From NCBI RefSeq assembly GCF_000485595.1, contig NW_014577070.1, positions 54,603-74,602 on the forward strand: 20,000 bases of DNA, written 5' to 3'. Origin of the DNA: Priapulus caudatus. Lineage: Eukaryota. The position numbers and the translations under genes were made by a program. Shown here in pieces: positions 12,583-20,000 of the stretch (within the stretch, counting starts at the first letter, position 1; the number at the start of each line of letters is the position of its first letter). A model generated the notes under the pieces. The model saw only the letters and a list, made by a program, of their open reading frames with translations, had not been told where the DNA came from and ran no database searches.

Positions 12583-12900
12583 CTCTATTCTCTCTCTTTC
12601 TCTCTCTAGCACTCTCCTCCCACTCTCACCTTCTCGCTCGCTCGTCTCTCTGGTAATCTCGTCTCTCCTTCTCTCGTCTCTCTCCCCTCTCTCTTTTCCT
12701 CATCGACTCTCGCTCTCCCTCTCTCCCCTTTCTCTCCTAATCTTCTCTCTCCTCAACCATATAGTATCTCTCTCTCTCCCTCTCTCCTCTTCCTCTCGTC
12801 CCTATTTCCGCGTCTCTCTCGCTCTCTCTAAGTTCCATCTGTCTATCTCTCTCTTTCTCTCTCTGCTCTCTCGCTCTCTCGCCTCTCTCTCACTCTCTCT
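12350..12900. repeat. Degenerate (CT)n microsatellite
   Basis: Long CT-dinucleotide tract. Confidence 0.95.
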
Positions 12901-13294
12901 TTTAAAAACCGCGATTTCGTGCGTTCCGCCTCGTTTCCGCGCAAATCAACCCAGGGCGGCTGCGCAGATGTGGAACGCCTCTTCGTTCGTTGAGCTTTCT
13001 TCGTCGCTGTCGGCTGAGGAGACGCTTCGAGATCCGCGGCAGGCCAGCTTATATTACGAGCCAGAGAAGATTAAAAGTACATATAACTACATGGGCGCTG
13101 TCAGGATTGGCGTGTGTTTAGATAATGTAGATGGGATGCGCGTGAATGCTGCTGCAGCTTCCCGTGGCGATGGGTTTTCTAGTACTGGCGTTGGGAAAAA
13201 CGCCTCGCGTTATTATAGCAAAGCATGTTATGGCACGCCAAGGTCGACGTATGTTTACCGGCGCATTGCCCCGAGACGAATCTTGATAAATATC

Positions 13295-13321
13295 CAGGAG
13301 TAGATAAATAGGGAAATTCCT
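13295..13321. mobile_element. Left TIR of a CAGGAGTAG-family MITE, copy D, cut by the gap
   Basis: CAGGAGTAGATAAATAGGGAAATTCC matches the TIR at 16844 and is followed directly by Ns. Confidence 0.55.
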
Positions 13322-13346
13322 NNNNNNNNNNNNNNNNNNNNNNNNN
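13322..13346. other. Assembly gap
   Basis: Run of N. Confidence 1.
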
Positions 13347-13349
13347 GCG

Positions 13350-13350
<1 letters not shown>

Positions 13351-13381
<31 letters not shown>

Positions 13382-13660
13382 CCGCGGCGTGCGTGTGTGA
13401 TAGTGTGGTTGTGCCGTGTGCGTGACTGTGTGAGGTGCTGTGTGCCTGCGCGCAGATGCGTGCATGTTTGTTCGTGTGTGTGTACTCTCGTGCGTGCAAT
13501 GTGTGTGCGCGTGTTGTTCGTATTATACGTGTGATGCGTGCTGTTCACTGTTGTTTGTGTGTCGTTTCTTTGTGATGTTGTATGTGTGTGGGTGTTGCCG
13601 CAGCGCGGCCGTCTCGCATATGTGTTTTGTTTTATGTGTTGCAGTGTGTTTGGTGTGTGG
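13351..13660. repeat. (GT)n microsatellite, pure then degenerate
   Basis: Pure TG repeat at 13351-13380, then GT-rich degenerate sequence. Confidence 0.92.
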
Positions 13661-13716
13661 AAACGTTGCGAGTCGGAATACACAGCTAACACGGTCCTCT
13701 AGCTAGCCGTCTCGAG

Positions 13717-14035
13717 AGGAGTCTATTCTCCCCCGTGTGGAGGGGTACTGCGCGAACGTACCTTGTGCCGTACGCTTCGGTATACCGGAACGTACCCTGG
13801 TACTAATTAATTGCCGGACCGTTACCTCGCCTACCTCCACTAACGAGTTCTAGGGGAGTCGCCGACGTACTCCCTACCTAACCCTAACCCTAACCCCACG
13901 ACTAACCCTAACCCTCTAACCTTAATCCTTAACCGCTAACCATACTCAAATTAGTGTGACCAGCGGACGTTCCGGTAGTTACCGGACCGTACCCAGGGTA
14001 CGTTCCGGCCTAGTACCCTGGGAGGAAATGACCCT
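13717..14035. mobile_element. Putative MITE with ~40-bp imperfect TIRs and internal (CCCTAA)n
   Basis: Left AGGAGTCTATTCTCCC..GGGTACTGCGCGAACGTACC vs reverse complement of right end AGGGTCATTTCCTCCCAGGGTACTAGGCCGGAACGTACC. Subterminal CCGGAACGTACC motifs occur in both orientations, with CCTAAC repeats at ~13875-13940. Confidence 0.6.
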
Positions 14036-14227
14036 ATGAGCCTTACTTAGCACTGCGGCTTGTCGTCACTATTTTACAATCAACGATTGCCCTTGTTTGT
14101 TATGTTAACGGTAGACTGCTATGGAAGGATCTTTCTGCTTCACGCCGACCATGCAGTCCCAGTTTAGCGGATCTTTTACGAGGAAAAGGCGGGAGTGACT
14201 GCTTTGATATAGGACTGGGAGTGGTAT

Positions 14228-14530
14228 GGAGAAAGATAAAAAAAAAGGGAGATAGAACGAGAGTGAGAGTGAAAGAGAAAGAAAAAAAGAAAGAAAGAAG
14301 GAGAGCGCATGAGAGAGAGGAGAGGAGGGAGGAAGAGAGAGCGATAGAGAATGAGAGGAGACGAGAGAGGAGAGAGAGACGGAGTGGCGAGAGAGAGCAG
14401 ATGAGAGAGAGTAGAGATGAGAGAGATAGAGAGATAGGAGAGAGAGAGCGAGAGAGAGAGAGATCGAGACGAAGATGAGAGAGAGGACGAGAGGAGGAGA
14501 GAAATGTGGAAAGAGATTGAGATGAGAGAA
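14228..14530. repeat. Degenerate (GA)n microsatellite
   Basis: Purine-rich GA tract. Confidence 0.95.
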
Positions 14531-15106
14531 AATAATTGGCTGTCTGTAAATAGCGACTGGATGACAAGTTCTATCAGAGAATTAACAAAACAGACCGTAG
14601 TCAAAACATCGCATGAAAACTACGCGTAGTATGCGCTCGGCTCTGATCATACGAGTACAAGGATGCCAAAAACCTGACCCGCACACTTAATTACAGCGCG
14701 CAAAAATCACCAGGTGGCCCTGGTACGGGGCATATATGGGCGTCTCACGCCCGCCCTTGGTGGCTGTATCGGCTTACGATCATCAACGGGTTTCGACTTC
14801 AATCGAGCCAGCACTCTTTCGGCGCGGCCGTTTTGCGGGCCATCGCGTAAATTAAGGAGATTTGCCGTTTCCGCGTCTGCTTGCCGGCGATTACTCTGGT
14901 TACGGCTAATAAACTGCGCTGGTTTACATATGGTCCACAGATTGGGACCGTTGCCTGGCCGCCGCCAGCGCGTCAGTTGCCAATTCACCGTTCCCACAGA
15001 CTAAAAGCCGTGTAAAGCTTAGCCGGTAATAGTCCTATATGCCGCTGCTCTTTTGGCTATATCCATGTTGCACGAACGCAGAAAACTTATAATCCATTAG
15101 TAGCAG

Positions 15107-15203
15107 CAAGAATACATGATAGAGATGCGTATAAGCTATGATGTACTTAATGGATATGTAGGTACGGTAATAGAGATATAGAGACCTCATTTATGTACTC
15201 TTG
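15107..15203. mobile_element. ~97-bp MITE, CA(A/G)GAGTA family, copy B (noisy)
   Basis: CAAGAATACATGATAGAGA ... TTTATGTACTCTTG. Flanks GTAGCAG / (C)ATAGCAT share TAGCA. Confidence 0.5.
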
Positions 15204-15244
15204 CATAGCATCTGATTACGCATGTATCTAGTGTAGATCAATAA

Positions 15245-15333
15245 TGTAACCCAAACACAGGATAGCGGTATTATCTATCCTGCCAGGGATAGGGCCAGGA
15301 TAGGGCCCGTATATCCTGTGTTTGGCGTTACAG
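15245..15333. mobile_element. ~90-bp hairpin element, possible TA-flanked MITE
   Basis: TGTAACCCAAACACAGGATA ... TATCCTGTGTTTGGCGTTACA inverted repeat with internal CAGGATAGGG repeats. The right end is followed by GTA. Confidence 0.55.
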
Positions 15334-15779
15334 TATTGTATCTAGTATCAAGTTAGTCTATCGTGGCTATATTAGGTAGTTTTAACTATCATATAGCCTG
15401 TAGAATTACCGGTGTTCTTCATGTATAGCCCGCAACCTCGCACTGTTCTATACTGGCCTGTAGTTTCTACTGTGGATAGCTTGTAATAGCCTTTAGTCCA
15501 CCAGTTTTATTATGAGGCAGCAGCCAGTCATATCTATGATAGGCTATATTCATGTTGCCTCTAGTTTCCTAACGTGTTATATCGTGTAGTCTTTCTATGT
15601 TACGTCACTATCAATAACTTTCCAGCCTACCGTATGTTTATATTTTAGGCTAGCCTGTTAGTCTACCCCTGTTATATCTAGCCCGTACCGAGGCTGTGGC
15701 GACTCTTGTCATATACAGTCTTCTAATACCCTAGCAAGACCGTTTCTTTGTGAGCTAGTGAATTATATCAATGCAATTG

Positions 15780-16706
15780 TGGATTAACATGTGGTTTAGT
15801 CATGTAGTCATAGTCTTACCATATTATACCGTGCAGATTGTGGATATATGATGTGTATATCTTAAAGTTATAGTCTACCCATGTCTTATCCATGCGACTC
15901 TGTATGAACCGTGTGTATACATTTATGATACATGTAGTTTATAGTCTCCCATGTTATACCGTAGCAATTGCTGGATTACATGTGTGCTTATATCATTATA
16001 GTTTATAGTATACCCTATGTTATATCATGGTGCGATCTGTATGACCTTGTTATATCCATCATGATGCATGTAGTTTATAGTCGTATACCTGTTTATCAGG
16101 ACTCTGATTCCTCGTGTTATATCATCATGATATCATGTGGTTTTATAGTATACCATTTATATATGCGACTCTGTTATGACTGTGGTATATCATAATGTAT
16201 CATGTACTGATAGTCTACCACATGTATATATCATGCTGACTCTTGTATTACCTGTGTTATATCATTCATGATATCATGCTATGGTTATAGTCCTTACCCA
16301 TTGTTATAACTCATTGCGACTCGTGCATTGTCCTGTGTGTATATCATTTATGATGATCATGTAGATTTTATTAGTCTTTCCCATGGCTTATATTCATATG
16401 CGACTACTTGTTTTATACCTGTGTTAGTATCATCTATGATATCATGTTAGTTTATAGTCTAACAATGTTAATATCATGCGCTCTGTATTCTCCTACGCTC
16501 TATTTATCATCATGATATCATGTAGTTTATAGTTTCTACCATGTGTTATATCCCTATATCATGCGACTCTGTATTACCTGTGTTATATCATCATGATATC
16601 ATGTAGTTTATAGTCTACCCATGTTATATCATGCGACTCTGTAATACCTGCGTTATATCATCATGATATCATGTAGTTTATAGTCTACCCATGTTATATC
16701 ATGCGA
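15780..16706. repeat. 70-bp tandem satellite
   Basis: Clean units start ATGCGA at 16561, 16631 and 16701 (ATGCGACTCTGTATTACCTGTGTTATATCATCATGATATCATGTAGTTTATAGTCTACCCATGTTATATC). Noisier units lie upstream, and related shorter degenerate repeats extend to ~15350. Confidence 0.92.
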
Positions 16707-16843
16707 ACGTCGATTTTTGTGTTATGTCATGTACCCTGTAGTCCAGCGTGTGATATTGTGTAGCTTGTGTAGTATAGACGCGTGATATCATGCAGTCCGC
16801 AGCCTCGCTATGTTATAGCTAGCAGCCTTCTGTCTACCATCAT

Positions 16844-17002
16844 CAGGAGTAGATCATAGGGAATTAATAGGGATTTTAGGAATAGATAATTAGGAATAGA
16901 TGATAGATAGATGATGATAGATTGATTATGATGATAGATTATTAATAGATGAATAGAATAGATAATTAGGAATAATAAGGGATTCCCTATTATCTACTCC
17001 TG
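16844..17002. mobile_element. 159-bp MITE, CAGGAGTAG family, copy C
   Basis: 21-bp TIR CAGGAGTAGAT(C/A)ATAGGGAAT (20/21). Interior is GAT/AATAG low complexity; flanks CCATCAT / ATATCAT. Confidence 0.7.
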
Positions 17003-17120
17003 ATATCATGTAGCCAGCCTGTAGTGCATTGCTGACATATCTCGCCTGGCTCTCACTCTATCCTGCTTCACAGCTACCTCACTACTATACACTACTATAT
17101 AATACACTATATAGTATATA

Positions 17121-17637
17121 GCTTGTATATCTACATGTACACACGCACGCTCGCTTGTACATGTACGCACGCACGCTCGCTTGTATATCTATATGTACAC
17201 ACGCACGCTCGCTTGTACATGTACACACGTACGCTCGCTTGTATATGTACATGTGCACACGTACGCTCGCTTGTACATGTGCACACGCACGCTCGCTTGT
17301 ACATGTACGTACGCTAGCTTGTATATGTACAGACGCACGCTCGCTTGTATATCTACATGTACACACGCACGCTCGCTTGTATATCTACATGTACACACGT
17401 ACGCTCGCTTGTATATCTACATGTACACACGCACGCTCGCTTGTATATCTACATGTACACACGCACACTCGCTGGTATATCTACATGTACACACGCACGC
17501 TCGCTTGCACATGTACACACGTACGCTAGCTTGTATATGTACACACATGCACACTCGCTTTCGCTTGTATATTTACATGTACACACGCACGCTCGCTTGT
17601 ACATGTACACACGCACGCTCGCTTGTACATGTACACG
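17121..17637. repeat. 32/26-bp minisatellite
   Basis: Unit GCTTGTATATCTACATGTACACACGCACGCTC (32 bp; 17343, 17375...) interspersed with a 26-bp variant lacking TATCTA. Confidence 0.95.
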
Positions 17638-17826
17638 ACGTTTGATCGATCAGTTCTTGAACATGCAAAAACAATGCGTCCAAGAGAACAATCAAGCGAA
17701 CAATGCGAATTAAACAATCAATGCACAGCAACTCTGTGTAGACACTGGCTCTCGACACTGGCGACGTCTACCGCCGTACTAATTCTGTCCAGGGTTGTGT
17801 GCCGGTGCGCGTTCACACGGCAAAAA

Positions 17827-18314
17827 TTTCGCACCCACTCTGGAGCACACGCACTTGAAGCGTTTCAATAAAATATAATGCTAAATAAATACGAAATCTA
17901 TTTACTACCAAATTCTTAATGTTTCTATGTTTCCTACTCTCTTTCACCTATTATTATTAATAGTATTGCCGACAGTTTCCTGCAAATTCCGTCCAAATCC
18001 TATTTGCAACATACGCTTGCAGCCGCCATTCCTCACGCGGCTGCACTGTACACACTTACACTTATATAATATATAAGTGTAAGTGTGCACAGTGCAGCCG
18101 CATGAGGAATGGCGGCCGTAAGCGTGTGTACAAATTTATAGGATTTGGACGGAATTTACAGGAAACTGTCGGCAATAATATTAATAATAATAGGTGAAAG
18201 AGAGTAGGAAACATAGAAACATTAAGAATTTGGTAGTAAATAGATTTCGTATTTATTTAGCATTATATTTTATTGTCACGCTTCAAGTGCCTGTGCTCTG
18301 GAGTGGGTGCGAAA
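17827..18314. repeat. ~490-bp near-perfect palindrome (foldback element)
   Basis: 17827-18068 is the reverse complement of 18070-18314 with a 1-nt spacer, about a dozen substitutions and one small indel region. Confidence 0.97.
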
Positions 18315-18426
18315 ACGACCCGGGTCGAAATAACACGGGTCGTTTTCGTACCGAGAAAACGTCCGTGTGAACGCTTGACCCGGGACGCATTTGACACGAG
18401 TCGCTTTCGACCCGGATCGTTTAGCT

Positions 18427-18462
18427 CCGTGTGAACCCGGCTATTAGCCTCGTTCACACGAG
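18427..18462. mobile_element. Two back-to-back Harbinger-like terminal motifs
   Basis: CCGTGTGAACCCGGCT-ATT-AGCCTCGTTCACACG resembles AGCC..GTTCACAC PIF/Harbinger TIRs. The same GTTCACAC core occurs at ~17811, ~18365, ~1513 and ~1594. Confidence 0.35.
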
Positions 18463-18483
18463 ACCTCGTATTTCTGAAATAAA

Positions 18484-18670
18484 GCCGCCACAATCATCCC
18501 CCAACCCCACAGCCGCCACAATCACCCCCAACCCCACAGCCGCCACAATCACCCCCAACCCCACAATCATCCCCCAACACAACCACCGCCACCGCCACCA
18601 GCATCACCAACACCACCGCCAGCAGCGCCGCATCCGCCTCTGCCTCCACCACAACCACCACCACTAACAC

Positions 18671-18726
<56 letters not shown>
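18484..18726. repeat. 27-bp minisatellite (3 copies), CAC-rich linker and pure (CAT)n
   Basis: GCCGCCACAATCACCCCCAACCCCACA x3, a linker matching 4600-4710, and (CAT)n at ~18671-18726. Confidence 0.95.
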
Positions 18727-18816
18727 CCTAACGCTACATGGTCCGTGAACGCGGATTTGTTAATTTCGGTAGCAGATTGTTTTTGCTGGGTCCTCATAAA
18801 TGAGGGTACGAAAGGT

Positions 18817-19765
18817 ATCATCGAATTGCTCACGTTCGTTCATACGACTTCATATTTTACATTCAGAGACCAGATATACAACCAGCATTTCGGAGCAGCC
18901 ATGGGTAGTCTGGTCTCAGCTATCGTTGCCAATGTTTACATGGAATGGCTTAAAACGAAAGCTATTGAGACAGCACCTATTGATCTCAAACCCAAATGGT
19001 GGGTGCGCTACGTAGATGACACTTTGGAAATTATCAAATCTGGTACAGTCCAAAGTTGGACACAACACTATAACAGCATGGACATTACTAACAACATCAA
19101 ATTTACGCACGAGAAAGAATCTGATCAATAAATTCCGTTCCCCGATACACTTATTCATAAACGAGAAGATGGTTCGTTAAAACTGACTATTTACAGTAAA
19201 AAGTCCCACACGGATCAGTAATATTTTAAACTTTCCGTCAACCATAAACTATCTGTGGTACGGACGCTCCTTGATCGTAAAGATAAGCTCGTAACGGAGA
19301 GTAAAGACCAGGAAGCCGAGCTGCGCCACATTAAGGACGCGGTTAGATCGTTGGAGACCATAAAAATACAATTAGTACACACGAAGGACAAAACGGATAT
19401 GCGCAACGTTACGGACTGTGTTCACAAGATACCGTGTGCGATGTGCGAAAAAAGTTACATTGGAGAAACGGGCCGTAAATTTGAAACCCGCCTAAAAGAG
19501 CACAAAAAGGACGTGGATACCGTAGCTCCCGAATCATTTATGAGGACCCAGCGAAAACAAGCCGCTACCGAAATAAACAAATCCGCGATCACGGACCATG
19601 TAGCGACCGCCAATCACACAATTGATTGAGATAATTCGAAAATTATCGATCGTGAGCCAATAAGAATCAGGCGTTGGATTACGGAAGCTATCTGGATTCG
19701 CAAGATCCCAAACATCAACTGAGACGAGGGAGGAGGGGAGGTACAGACTCAGTCATGTGTGAACC
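18817..19765 (+). pseudogene. Penelope RT / GIY-YIG endonuclease ORF remnant; end approximate
   Basis: IIELLTF..TSYFTF..QIYNQHFGAAMGSLVSAIVANVYME, WWVRYVDDT, IKFTHEKE, thumb HKLSVVRTLLDR, endonuclease VHKIPCAMCEKSYIGETGRKFETRLKEH, KSAITDH, EAIWIR. In-frame stops (19129-19131, 19627-19629 and others), a frameshift near 19220-19240 and an internal deletion. Confidence 0.93.
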
Positions 19766-19814
19766 AAGCTGTTGACCACTACACCATCTGGTGGTCAAAT
19801 CTGACAACGTCAGT

Positions 19815-19906
19815 CAGCTTTGAAGGTCTTCTGTTAGGATGAAAAGGTCTTCTGAAGGTCTTCTGAAGGTCTTCTGAAGTCTTCTGTTAGGATGCGAAAC
19901 GTTAGC
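19815..19906 (+). ncRNA. Probable degenerate minimal hammerhead ribozyme of the Penelope pLTR
   Basis: GCT-TTGAAGG-[TCTT CTGTT AGGA stem II]-..CGAAACGTT-AGC at the expected 3' position. The CUGANGA core is not intact, and local 11-bp tandem duplications interrupt it. Confidence 0.45.
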
Positions 19907-19952
19907 AGCTACGTTTGAACTTCACGGTTGAGTAGAAATCAATCAAGTTAGG

Positions 19953-20000
19953 TCTATCTATCTATCTATCCATCTATCTATCTATCTATCTATCTATCTA
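19953..20000. repeat. (TCTA)n microsatellite running off the window
   Basis: Near-pure TCTA repeat. Confidence 0.97.

Larger units (their letters stand above)
18732..19952 (+). mobile_element. 5'-truncated Penelope-like element (Penelope/Poseidon type), copy 2, with inverted 5' segment
   Basis: RT plus GIY-YIG remnants, a 3' non-coding tail, and an inverted copy of part of the endonuclease region at the 5' end. Confidence 0.95.

Noticed and set aside
13875..13940. True telomere or chromosome fusion site
   Set aside because: Only a few degenerate units in one orientation, inside an apparent TIR element.
12350..14530. (CT)n and (GA)n tracts as arms of a large inverted repeat
   Set aside because: Their flanking unique sequences are not complementary.
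12343..14604. Ser/Leu-, Arg/Glu- and Cys/Val-rich ORFs
   Set aside because: Translations of (CT)n, (GA)n and (GT)n microsatellites.
14707..15004. Antiparallel 96-aa ORFs
   Set aside because: Short, in GC-rich sequence, with no recognisable motif; consistent with chance.
17085..17758. Many overlapping His/Cys/Tyr-rich ORFs
   Set aside because: Produced by a nearly stop-free 32/26-bp minisatellite.
18431..18833. Poly-Met, poly-Asp and poly-His ORFs
   Set aside because: Derived from (CAT)n and the CAC-rich linker.
18745..19629. RT next to a nuclease as a novel retron-, DGR- or defence-type system
   Set aside because: The motifs and RT + GIY-YIG architecture are those of known Penelope-like retroelements, in a eukaryotic repeat context.

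Overview
Repeat-dense eukaryotic, probably invertebrate animal, genomic DNA with two N gaps (1613-1793, 13322-13346) and no recognisable host protein gene. A composite unit occurs twice in the same orientation: 27-bp minisatellite, (CAT)n, an inverted piece of the endonuclease region, a 5'-truncated Penelope-like RT + GIY-YIG element, then (TCTA)n. Copy 1 (~3760-11790) is split inside its (CAT)n by a structurally complete minus-strand Gypsy/Mag-like LTR retrotransposon (4722-9814; ~194-bp LTRs, tRNA-Leu PBS, gag-PR-RT-RH-IN). Copy 2 (18484-20000) shows the empty site. The rest is MITE-like elements with terminal inverted repeats, a ~490-bp near-perfect palindrome (17827-18314), and mini/microsatellites. 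Much of the interior has indel noise like uncorrected long-read gap filling, so many frameshifts may be artefacts. I cannot support a new enzymatic system here. The best candidates for something undescribed are the duplicated satellite-bounded Penelope-derived unit, the large palindrome and a family of tiny MITEs with ~7-bp TSDs. All family assignments come from motif recognition, not database searches.
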